A stretch of 64,000 nt of DNA from positions 36,537 to 100,536 of the forward strand of contig CAZZBB010000012.1 in NCBI GenBank assembly GCA_964652195.1, read 5' to 3'. Positions 55,804-64,000 of the stretch are shown here, piece after piece. Source of the stretch: an uncultured bacterium (lineage in GTDB: Bacteria > Poribacteria > WGA-4E > WGA-3G). The translations under genes were made by a program, and so were the position numbers. Position 1 is the first letter of the stretch, and each line of letters opens with the position of its first letter. The notes beneath the pieces are model-generated. The model was not told where the DNA came from. It saw nothing but the letters and a program-made list of their open reading frames with translations, and made no database searches.

Positions 55804-57579
55804 TTAATTGCTACCAACCAAACGTTGTGCCTTCATTTTTCGCTTAGACTTGGTCTTTGTGCGTTTATTATTTATAGGTTTTTCTACTATTTTCTCTGGT
55901 TCAATCTCTTCGGATTGAGCAATCATTTCTTGTTGTTCTGCTTCATATTCAGCATAAGTTCCATCAAAAAATCGGGTGGTGATTCCCTCTTTAGTACTCT
56001 CAAAAATCAACATTTTAGTGGCTAAACTATTTAACAAATACCGGTCATGTGAAATGATGAAAAGCGTGGCAGGATAATTCGAAAGTGCATTTTCAAGTGC
56101 TTCACGTGCGGGGATATCCAAATGGTTTGTTGGCTCATCAAGGAGAAGTACATTTGCCTTTTCCAATAGTAGCTTTGCCAGTTGAACACGACTTTGTTCC
56201 CCTCCGCTCAAGTTTCGGATCTGTTTAAACACATCATCACCAGAAAATAGAAATCTTGCTAAAAAGCCACGAACTTGTGTCTGTGTGTAGTCAGGACAAA
56301 GTTCCCAAATTTCTTCAAGGATCTCTTTGTCAAGATTGAGTCCTTCTAATTCTTGTGTATAATACCCAAATTTAAGTGTAGGTCCAACCCAGAGTTCCCC
56401 CTGTGTTGGCTGTTCTTCTCCTAACATCATACGGAAGAATGTAGTCTTTCCAACACCATTTGGACCGAGAATACCAACCACATCTCCACGAGATACCTCA
56501 AAGGTTAGATCTGTGAACAAGACTTTTTCATCAAACTGTTTGCTAACTTTATGGCAACGAAGGATATCATCACCGCCACGTGTCTCTGCAGAGAAGTTAA
56601 GGTTCAACGAAGGAGAATCAGTACTCGGTTTTTCGACTTTTTCCATTCTGTCTAATTTTTTTAGACGTCCTTGTGCTTCACGAGTTCGTTGACCGGCTAT
56701 GTTCCGTTCGATAAAATCCGATTCCTTGGTAATAAAGTCCTGTTGAATTTTGAATGTTCTTTCATCGACCAATCTCTCTACACCCTTTATTTCACAATAC
56801 TTGGAGTAATTGCCTCTGTAAATCTTGATTTGATGGTGATTCAAATCCCATACTTTACTGACAACATTATCTAAGAAATACCTATCGTGGGAAACAACAA
56901 GAACTGCCCCTTTATACTCGGTATTAATATAATTTTCCAACCATTCGATTCCATTAATATCGAGATGATTTGTCGGTTCATCCAGAAGTAGTAGGTCAGG
57001 ATCTTCAAGTAACAGTTTGCCAAGTGTGGCACGGCTTTTCTGTCCACCACTAAGAACGCTAACCGGTAGGTTGAAATCCTGTACACTAAAACCTAATCCA
57101 CCTAAAACGCGATTAATCAGATGTTCATAGTCATAACCCCCTAATCGGTCATGTTGATCTTGTAGACGAGAATACCGTTGTAAAAGTTGCGGGGTTTCCT
57201 GAGATTCCATCTGTTCTGCAAGTAGTAGCATCTGATCCTCAAGGGCAAGTCTATCTGCAAAAACCTTAAGCATTTCTTGTCGGAGTGTACAATCATGTTC
57301 TAATTCCGGTTCTTGGCTCAGGTAACCTACACGCATTCCTTTCGCTGGTATAACTTTTCCTTTGAAATCCGTGAGTATACCACACATAATCTTCAGTAAC
57401 GTTGTCTTTCCACACCCATTTCGTCCAATCAAACCTAAGCGATCCCCAGGTGCAATCGAGATTGAAATATCATCCAGTATTATATCCGGATCATACATTT
57501 TCGTTACATTTTGTAATTCTACTAATGACATTATCTTTTGTCCTATAATCCATTTATCAGTGTGGTAATGTAGCCACAA
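55804..57579 (-). CDS. ABC-F family ATPase (tandem ABC domains, Lys-rich C-terminal tail)
   Basis: Two Walker A motifs (GRNGCGKTT, GPNGVGKTT) and two LSGG signatures. A more likely start is the internal Met at 57531 (MSLVELQNV). Confidence 0.8.
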   Translation of the reverse strand: MWLHYHTDKWIIGQKIMSLVELQNVTKMYDPDIILDDISISIAPGDRLGLIGRNGCGKTTLLKIMCGILTDFKGKVIPAKGMRVGYLSQEPELEHDCTLRQEMLKVFADRLALEDQMLLLAEQMESQETPQLLQRYSRLQDQHDRLGGYDYEHLINRVLGGLGFSVQDFNLPVSVLSGGQKSRATLGKLLLEDPDLLLLDEPTNHLDINGIEWLENYINTEYKGAVLVVSHDRYFLDNVVSKVWDLNHHQIKIYRGNYSKYCEIKGVERLVDERTFKIQQDFITKESDFIERNIAGQRTREAQGRLKKLDRMEKVEKPSTDSPSLNLNFSAETRGGDDILRCHKVSKQFDEKVLFTDLTFEVSRGDVVGILGPNGVGKTTFFRMMLGEEQPTQGELWVGPTLKFGYYTQELEGLNLDKEILEEIWELCPDYTQTQVRGFLARFLFSGDDVFKQIRNLSGGEQSRVQLAKLLLEKANVLLLDEPTNHLDIPAREALENALSNYPATLFIISHDRYLLNSLATKMLIFESTKEGITTRFFDGTYAEYEAEQQEMIAQSEEIEPEKIVEKPINNKRTKTKSKRKMKAQRLVGSN

Positions 57580-57608
57580 GTATTGTTCTCAGAATTAATT
57601 ATATGTAT

Positions 57609-58526
57609 TCAAGTCTGCCAATTAGAACTGCGAAGAATCATTTCTTGATACTTATCAGCACTATTCTTATCAGGCCTGCGTATGTTAAATTGTCTAAATC
57701 GCCAGAAAGCTATTGTGAGCGCAGCATAGTGAACATAGGGATCTAAACCTCTAAATTCATCATCAGAAATCGGACGAGTAGCATTATATGCATCCAAGAA
57801 ACTATGCACAAGTTCTTCTTCCAATATATGGTCTTCAGTGTAGCAACACCCGATAATTGTCATAGCGATATCAATTAACAATGTATCCTGACACCCCTCT
57901 TCAAAATCAATAATTGTGACCAACTTTTCACCATCAAAAAGTGTATTATCTAAGAACAGATCTCCGTGTAATAGACCTGAAGGTAGAGGTTTTTCCAATT
58001 CAGGTGTCATCCATTCGAGTTCTGATTTTAACCATAATAAAAATGGGTGTGTCTTAAATTCTGTCTTTTCTATCTCCTTAATAAATGGAACTATTTGCGA
58101 TATTCCCATTGGGAAACGTGGAAGTTCCATAAGCGGTGATATACGATGTAGTTTTGCTAATGCTTCTCCGATTTGCTTCAACACACACTGAGATGGGTGA
58201 GGGGTTGTTCCATTCATAAAAGGGTAAATTATCACACGGAAATCTTGCGATAAATGGAGAAATTCACCATTTCTCTGTGGAATAGGATATGGAGTAGGGT
58301 AATCATGTTGTTGAAGGTGTGTTAACAGAGAGATTTGCAACTGAAGTTCATCTGTAGTCTTCTCATCACATATTTTCAGTAGATAAACCCCATCTGAAGT
58401 AGTGAGTTTAAAGTTGCTATTTCCATACCCACCGGACATCACTTCAAGGTCTGTTGGTGTACCTATTGAGTAATGTGAAACTATGTCGGCAACTTCAGTT
58501 GATGAAAGGGTGGTATACTGTGCCAT
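57609..58526 (-). CDS. Protein-kinase-like phosphotransferase (APH / homoserine kinase type II family)
   Basis: Shows LLHGDLFLDNTLF and IIDFEEG. The start is placed at the internal Met 58526 (MAQYTTLSSTEVADIV...), which matches ThrB2/APH N-termini and removes the overlap with the TPR gene. Confidence 0.6.
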   Translation of the reverse strand: MAQYTTLSSTEVADIVSHYSIGTPTDLEVMSGGYGNSNFKLTTSDGVYLLKICDEKTTDELQLQISLLTHLQQHDYPTPYPIPQRNGEFLHLSQDFRVIIYPFMNGTTPHPSQCVLKQIGEALAKLHRISPLMELPRFPMGISQIVPFIKEIEKTEFKTHPFLLWLKSELEWMTPELEKPLPSGLLHGDLFLDNTLFDGEKLVTIIDFEEGCQDTLLIDIAMTIIGCCYTEDHILEEELVHSFLDAYNATRPISDDEFRGLDPYVHYAALTIAFWRFRQFNIRRPDKNSADKYQEMILRSSNWQT

Positions 58527-58539
58527 GTAATAATGGATA

Positions 58540-59061
58540 CTACTGTTTCGGTTCGGTAGCGTGTATGAATTCTTTGTATTCAGGTAGGTTGCGAAGTCTA
58601 TCAAATGCAGATTCCATTTTAGCAGATTCGAGCATTGCCTTATCTAATCGAACCGCTTCACGGAGAGAAATAATTGCCTTTTCTATAGTTTTTCCACTTG
58701 TTTTCTCTGCTTGAATGGAATAACCGATGGCAAGGTTATAATATGCCTTTGCGAAATTAGGATCTAACTGTGTTGCACGTTCCCAGGCAATGATTGCGTC
58801 ATATAGTTCACCCATATTTCCATATACAGCACCCAGATTGTAGTATGGCAGTGCCCACCCCGGCTCATTTTGAATTGCCAATTTGAACTCAGAAATAGCT
58901 TGTACATGGTCACCGTTCTTCGCGGAAGCAAGTCCCCATTTATAGTGTGATTGCGCAACCTCGTTGGGTTCTTGATCATTCGTCTCGTCGGAATATGGAA
59001 TAGTATTCAGTCCACATCCAATTAATATACAAAATGCACTGAATAATGTAAGTGTTTTCAT
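58540..59061 (-). CDS. TPR-repeat lipoprotein
   Basis: Signal then lipobox LIGCG. Three TPR-like units (AISEFKLAIQNEPGWALPYYNLGAVY...). Confidence 0.65.
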   Translation of the reverse strand: MKTLTLFSAFCILIGCGLNTIPYSDETNDQEPNEVAQSHYKWGLASAKNGDHVQAISEFKLAIQNEPGWALPYYNLGAVYGNMGELYDAIIAWERATQLDPNFAKAYYNLAIGYSIQAEKTSGKTIEKAIISLREAVRLDKAMLESAKMESAFDRLRNLPEYKEFIHATEPKQ

Positions 59062-59206
59062 AGATTAATCCCCAATTTCTCTTACAATACTATACCTGAT
59101 TCTGTGTATTGAGTCAAATAAATAGGAAAATTACAGCTGTAAACATCTTATCAATTCAGGGCTTACGCAATACCTCTTAAAGTCCCCTGATATTGTCCAA
59201 ATCGGC

Positions 59207-59229
59207 AGCACCAGCAGTGCGGAATGTGG
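59207..59229. repeat. Inverted, degenerate copy (19 of 23) of the 23-bp ACACCTTTCGCACCGCTGGTGCT repeat
   Basis: AGCACCAGCAGTGCGGAATGTGG is the reverse-complement orientation. It lies in the 1.1-kb AT-rich non-coding region. Confidence 0.4.
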
Positions 59230-60044
59230 ATAGAAAACTTAAATACAAAAATGAATAAAAATGAAGAATATCTTAATCAATAACAACTAATATATCACAA
59301 TAACACAAAATAAATTAAAAACACTTGTCAAAATAGAAATAAAATTGTAGAATACTGTATTGTTCACCTTTTATATACGAATACTAATTTATTACAATAG
59401 AGTTACGAGAATTTATATATTTAGAAATTAGTGTTCTTTAAGAATAACCCAATACAACACAACTATATAATATCATTTCTATTTGAATAGTTCACATTAT
59501 AGAAAATAAAGAAAATATCTATAGCTAACAACTAAAAACATAGAATGGATTCAAGAAATTTAGATGATGCATTTCACATATTCATATCAAAAATTAGGAG
59601 AAAAAATGATGACTACCTATAAAAACGATCCTAAATACAAAAGTTTAATTACGTCAAAAAAACGACATTATTTGATGGTTGGAAATGTCAAAATCAGCAA
59701 CAACAATAAAAACACAAAATCACACATTTTAGAAATTCTTATAAATGCAATTCAAAGTGGAGTAAAGTCAGTCTATGACAGGGTTTGCAGGGGTAATTTA
59801 CACCAATTTCAATGTCACACGATGTGACAAAAAGTGTAACTTTTTCCTTGTTTCGACACATAGAGGAAAACACCATGAACACGATATTACCATCAGAGAA
59901 TTTAGGATTAAAAGCCTGTTTTTGCACCCTATTATTTGTCTCTATATTAGGATTAAATCGCTGTTTTTTGCCTTTTTAACTGACAGAAATATCATCTTGT
60001 GTAAGGATGTAATACCATTTCTATATGATAATATAACATTATTT

Positions 60045-60117
60045 CGTAGGTCGGGTAGAAGCGATAGCAAAACCCGACTTTTTATTCTATCATCTCGGGT
60101 TTCGTGCCTCAACCCGA
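60045..60117 (+). terminator. Nested inverted repeats with a terminator-like hairpin (GTCGGGT...ACCCGAC + TTTTTATT) and an alternative outer 11-bp pairing
   Basis: GTAGGTCGGGT at 60045-55 pairs either with ACCCGAC at 60073-79 (followed by the T-run) or with ACCCGACCTAC at 60107-17. A CGGGTT...AACCCG hairpin lies in between. Confidence 0.35.
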
Positions 60118-60161
60118 CCTACAATATGTTATGACAATTTGTCAATTAGAAATGGTATAAT

Positions 60162-61406
60162 CTATTCTTTTCGCACAATTGAATTCAGAATTGGTAAAAG
60201 TGCACCTATAGTCGGAACATCACGGAATGTAAACCCATAGTGTGAGAAATAGCTTGATGTCTCTAATGCCTCTGCAATCGTAGCGTTTTTCTCTAATTCC
60301 TTGGATACTCCAATGATGAGCGGTATATCCGTCTTATTCGGTAGTGAATTCACCCGAGTAAGCAGATGTCCTTGATGCCATGGGTGGAATAATTCAATTG
60401 CAACTTCTACACCACTACTGTGGGTTAGTTGATAATCTGGGAAACAGTAGCTATCCCCAGGTAGAGGGAAGAATTGACTACCAGGTTGGATCTGCCACTT
60501 ATCAGTCTTGTTTTGAAGCATTTGCTGAAAGTGCTGAATATCTTCAGGGATATATGCAAGGAACTGTTGTGAAATTGGTTTAATTCCGCAGGAGTCATCA
60601 ATAGACAACTGAGAGGTACGTTTGTTTCTAAACTGAATTTCGGCAGTAAGTTCCCACTTCTGTTGATGTAGAACAGCGACAAAGAAGTTTGCCAAATTCA
60701 TACCGTACCGTTTTGTCTTATAGAATAAGTTCAGAGGACCATCCACAGTAATCTGGAAGATATCTCCTGTATCGGTTTTTTCTTTTCGAATGCTGGATAA
60801 AAGTTGGTGAAATCGAAGATACTTAAACAATTGTCGAAGTTCAGCAGTCATCGAATCTGTAAGTCTTAGTGTAAGTGAATTACAATGCAACAATAAACCT
60901 TGTACTTGGGCAGTATTATAGCGATGCAGTAGGTGTTCCGGAGAAATACTCCTAAATGACAGAATTTGTTGGCAACTCGGTAAATCTGCGTATAGATAAT
61001 CATGTAATTCTGTTTCTGGTAATTCCGAGTCGGCACCCATTAACGCAAGAACTTTTTGGTGGTATTCTGTATAGTCCTGAAATTGTTCTTGTGAGAGAAT
61101 ACGGCTTGTTTCTGTGAAAAGCCTGTTCCGAAAGGCAATCAGTTCTTCATTTGGTGCTGTATCGAATTCTGTACGATCTAACAGCAACTTTTCGAGTCCT
61201 CGTAAAATTATAGGGGACTCAGATGTACCATCAATTATCGTTTTACTATTATCTAATAGTGTTGATCTTTTATCGTCAGTAGCAGCTTCGAATATCGTGA
61301 TTAATTGTTCTGCGACCTTCAGCAATTTGGAATTCGTGGGATCAACAAATTGAGGGTATATTTGTCCCTTTTGTATCTTGTATCGGAGTAAGTCTTTAGT
61401 AAGCAT
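60162..61406 (-). CDS. DUF790 family protein (Bax1-like nuclease partner of XPB)
   Basis: 414 aa, encoded immediately downstream of the XPB-like helicase on the same strand. The DUF790/Bax1 assignment rests on this pairing and on size; it is recall-based. Confidence 0.5.
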   Translation of the reverse strand: MLTKDLLRYKIQKGQIYPQFVDPTNSKLLKVAEQLITIFEAATDDKRSTLLDNSKTIIDGTSESPIILRGLEKLLLDRTEFDTAPNEELIAFRNRLFTETSRILSQEQFQDYTEYHQKVLALMGADSELPETELHDYLYADLPSCQQILSFRSISPEHLLHRYNTAQVQGLLLHCNSLTLRLTDSMTAELRQLFKYLRFHQLLSSIRKEKTDTGDIFQITVDGPLNLFYKTKRYGMNLANFFVAVLHQQKWELTAEIQFRNKRTSQLSIDDSCGIKPISQQFLAYIPEDIQHFQQMLQNKTDKWQIQPGSQFFPLPGDSYCFPDYQLTHSSGVEVAIELFHPWHQGHLLTRVNSLPNKTDIPLIIGVSKELEKNATIAEALETSSYFSHYGFTFRDVPTIGALLPILNSIVRKE

Positions 61407-61421
61407 ACTTAGTTGATAAAG

Positions 61422-62837
61422 CTATTTTCTTTGATACGCGTTATGTTGTCGACGACGTTTATTGACAGAATGTTCACCGGTTTGTTTTGATATGAGTTCG
61501 TAAAGAACAGCTTGTTTACCTTCTTTTTTCCGTAGGATACGTCCTAAACGCTGCACATGTTCTCTGACACTCCCACTTCCAGAAACGATAATTGCAACAT
61601 TCGCTTCTGGGACATCAACCCCTTCATTCAACGCTTTTGAAGTGACTAAGATAGAATAGCTTCCATCACGGAATCCATTTAAAAAGGATGCTCGTTCTTT
61701 CTGTTTTGTCTGATGTGTTAGGACAGGTAAAAAGAATCGAGTCCCAATGTCGTAAGCAGTATCGTTATCTTGTGTAAAGATGATAATCCTATCTCCACGA
61801 TGTCTCTGAATTAGTTTCCACACCCATTCCTGTTTTGCTTTTGATGCAAAACTAAGTTGTTTTTGTGTTAGATACGCTTTGAATGCAGCACGTCCTTCAT
61901 CAGATTGAGAGGATTTCCACAGAAAATTCTTCCATCCACTTGATGTTCCCATATTGATATTTGATTTCCTAAGAAAGTCTAAATATGTTTTTCGTGCATC
62001 AAGATATTGTATCCGTTCTGTGTCTTCCATATCTATAGCCATAGTCACAACACGATAAGGGGCAAGTGTGTCTCCAGATAGATCCTGTACCTTTGCTTCA
62101 TAACAACATTCACCGACAAGTTCATAGAGCCTATTCTCCTTGCCATCCACACGATCAGGTGTTGCCGATAAACCTAAACGAAAAGGCGCAATACTGCTAA
62201 TAGCTGCATACTGATACTGATCGCCTGGAAGATGATGGCATTCATCGTAGATAGCAAAACCGAACCGATTGCCGTAGTGTGGGGCATGCATTACCGCAGA
62301 TTGATATGTTGTAACAGTTAGATCACTCAATTCGTGATGTCCACCCCCATATAAGCCAACTTCTTGGCCAAAATGTTCTTTTAGTACATCATACCACTGA
62401 TGCATTAGATCTATAGTTGGGACATGGACAAGTGCAGGTCGTTGCGTATCTTCAATCAGAAGAATAGCAATGAAGGTTTTACCCGCACCTGTAGGAAGAC
62501 TAATAACTCCACGTTTGTTGTTAGCATGCCAAGCATCAATGGCTTCAGACTGGTACGGATACGGAGTTAAGGATTTCTGACTTTGGAATGTCTGGACAGT
62601 GAATTGACGGGCAGAATCATTATATGGGAAGTTATGAGCACGAAGATGGGTAACTATATGACGATAACGGTATGCAGGGGCACGGTATGTTAGAGTGCGT
62701 TCGTCCCAACGGATATCTGGTAACTGTGCATGGATTTCCTCTGGGACGTTTTGTAGGATAAGGGTGCCTTTATCAAAGTCAATTGTTATCTGTTCCATAA
62801 GGCTGTATGCAAGAATGTCGTTTATAAACTGGTTCAC
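61422..62837 (-). CDS. XPB/ERCC3/Rad25-like SF2 DNA helicase
   Basis: Walker A LPTGAGKTFIA, DECHH box, motif III GLSATPDRVDG (a variant of the RED region), and motif VI QRLGRILR. Confidence 0.75.
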   Translation of the reverse strand: MNQFINDILAYSLMEQITIDFDKGTLILQNVPEEIHAQLPDIRWDERTLTYRAPAYRYRHIVTHLRAHNFPYNDSARQFTVQTFQSQKSLTPYPYQSEAIDAWHANNKRGVISLPTGAGKTFIAILLIEDTQRPALVHVPTIDLMHQWYDVLKEHFGQEVGLYGGGHHELSDLTVTTYQSAVMHAPHYGNRFGFAIYDECHHLPGDQYQYAAISSIAPFRLGLSATPDRVDGKENRLYELVGECCYEAKVQDLSGDTLAPYRVVTMAIDMEDTERIQYLDARKTYLDFLRKSNINMGTSSGWKNFLWKSSQSDEGRAAFKAYLTQKQLSFASKAKQEWVWKLIQRHRGDRIIIFTQDNDTAYDIGTRFFLPVLTHQTKQKERASFLNGFRDGSYSILVTSKALNEGVDVPEANVAIIVSGSGSVREHVQRLGRILRKKEGKQAVLYELISKQTGEHSVNKRRRQHNAYQRK

Positions 62838-63028
62838 ATTTTATAGTATAACGTGAAATCGAAGTAAGAGAATTCAACTATTTTATCACTAAAATTAAAT
62901 TCTCAACCCTTGGTAGGTTCGTTTTGTAACCATGGGAATGCAATCCATTTTCATATCACTTGCTTTCGATGGATTAGCGTGATAAGATTATGCTATCTTG
63001 TAGAATAAATAGAATGAGGTAATAACCA

Positions 63029-63994
63029 GTGCTGAAACTCATGATAATGCCACCACAGAATTCCCAATTACAAACTTGGGCAGAGACTATAAAAAAGGAA
63101 ATACCCGAATATGTTATTCTCTACCCGAAAACAGATGATGAGGTTGATCTACATCTTCCTGATTCAGATGCAGTTTACGGTTGGGTATCTCCAGAAAAGT
63201 TGCCATTAGCGAAAAATATGCGATGGCTACAAAGCCCCGCTGCTGGACCAGATGCCGGTTTCTATTATCCTGAATTGATTGAGCATCCTGTGGTTGTATG
63301 CAATCCACGCGGTATTTACAATGATCATATTGCACAACATATCCTCATGTTTGTACTTGCACTTGCACGGGGTTTACCTTCTTATCTGGACGCGCAGCGT
63401 GCTGGTATTTGGGATAGTAATGCCCGAAAAAGTGAATATATAGATCTTGCTGAAGCAACTGCTTTGATTGTCGGTGTGGGTGGCATCGGTCATGAAACTG
63501 CAAAATTATGTACCACATTTGGTATGAGAGTTATAGGAGTAGATCAGAGATGGGAATATACCATACCTGATATAGAAAAACATGAACCAGAAGAATTGGA
63601 CACACTTTTACCTTTGGCTGACTTTGTAATAGTGACGACTCCTCACACACCAGAAACAGAGGGAATGTGGAATAGAGATCGGTTTGAACTTATGAAAGAA
63701 ACCGCGTATTTCATCAATATTGGACGTGGTAAAACGACGAAACTTGATGATCTTGTTGATGCCCTTGAAAATCGAATTATTGCTGGATGTGGATTAGATG
63801 TATTTGAAGTTGAACCTTTACCTGTCGACAGTCCATTATGGAGAATGTCTAATGTCTTGATAACCCCTCATATTGCTGTTAAGGATGCGAAGCATATATC
63901 TGAACGCCATTTTGAAGTGTTTTTAGAAAATTCGCGTCTATTTGCTGAAGGGAAACCGTTAAAGAATGTAGTGGATAAAGCAATGTGGTATTAA
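63029..63994 (+). CDS. D-isomer-specific 2-hydroxyacid dehydrogenase family (NAD-binding)
   Basis: GVGGIGHETA..G..V.GVD Rossmann motif and a catalytic region ...GRG...D...L. Confidence 0.75.
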   Translation: MLKLMIMPPQNSQLQTWAETIKKEIPEYVILYPKTDDEVDLHLPDSDAVYGWVSPEKLPLAKNMRWLQSPAAGPDAGFYYPELIEHPVVVCNPRGIYNDHIAQHILMFVLALARGLPSYLDAQRAGIWDSNARKSEYIDLAEATALIVGVGGIGHETAKLCTTFGMRVIGVDQRWEYTIPDIEKHEPEELDTLLPLADFVIVTTPHTPETEGMWNRDRFELMKETAYFINIGRGKTTKLDDLVDALENRIIAGCGLDVFEVEPLPVDSPLWRMSNVLITPHIAVKDAKHISERHFEVFLENSRLFAEGKPLKNVVDKAMWY

Positions 63995-64000
63995 GTAATT

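Noticed and set aside
57532-57579. N-terminal 16-aa extension of the ABC-F ORF (MWLHYHTDKWIIGQKI)
   Set aside because: ABC-F proteins start close to the first Walker A motif. The internal Met MSLVELQNV is the more plausible start. It is kept only as an alternative.
59564-60134. 87-aa and 119-aa ORFs in the AT-rich region 59.5-60.1 kb
   Set aside because: Low-complexity, Lys/Asn/Ile/Phe-rich translations typical of AT-rich non-coding DNA. No RBS. The region is better explained as regulatory or ncRNA.

Overview
This 64 kb window comes from an AT-rich (~35-40% GC) diderm bacterial genome; several gene products point to an outer membrane (Omp85, TonB, alpha-2-macroglobulin, lipoproteins, beta-barrel C-termini). 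Housekeeping genes (tsaD, tsaC, trpF, leuC, leuD, ftsY, an ABC-F ATPase, an EF-G paralogue, yfhM-pbpC-like alpha-2-macroglobulin/PBP1C, an ECF sigma factor) alternate with accessory and unusual loci. The main ones are listed here.
- Three tandem VOC/glyoxalase paralogs at the left edge.
- A porin-like OMP and BCCT transporter followed by a corrinoid module: a corrinoid protein, a RamA-type reductive activase and a Zn/Hcy-domain methyltransferase. No substrate-specific methyltransferase is present in cis.
- A four-gene envelope cluster: transglutaminase-like, BatA-type vWA, Omp85, and a 635-aa polytopic membrane protein.
- An accessory stretch at about 21.7-30.4 kb holding a Gp37/Gp68 + TcmP-like pair and a clearly GC-richer (~50%) island of hypothetical genes. 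The island has two apparent frameshifts, is bounded by copies of a 23-bp hairpin repeat, and is followed by a MITE-like element.
- A DUF2281-antitoxin/PIN-toxin module inserted between leuC and leuD, next to transposase remnants.
- Several families of GC-rich hairpin repeats scattered through intergenic DNA.
- A TonB-C/FGE-sulfatase fusion.
- An EF-G paralogue lacking the catalytic switch-II histidine.
- A Cyc2-like fused c-type cytochrome/beta-barrel protein with two CXXCH motifs, next to a monoheme cytochrome lipoprotein that resembles P460 / c'-beta.
- A bacterial XPB helicase + Bax1(DUF790) pair.
No rRNA, convincing tRNA or CRISPR array was found. All functional calls rest on motif-level reading of the translated ORFs and have not been checked against databases.
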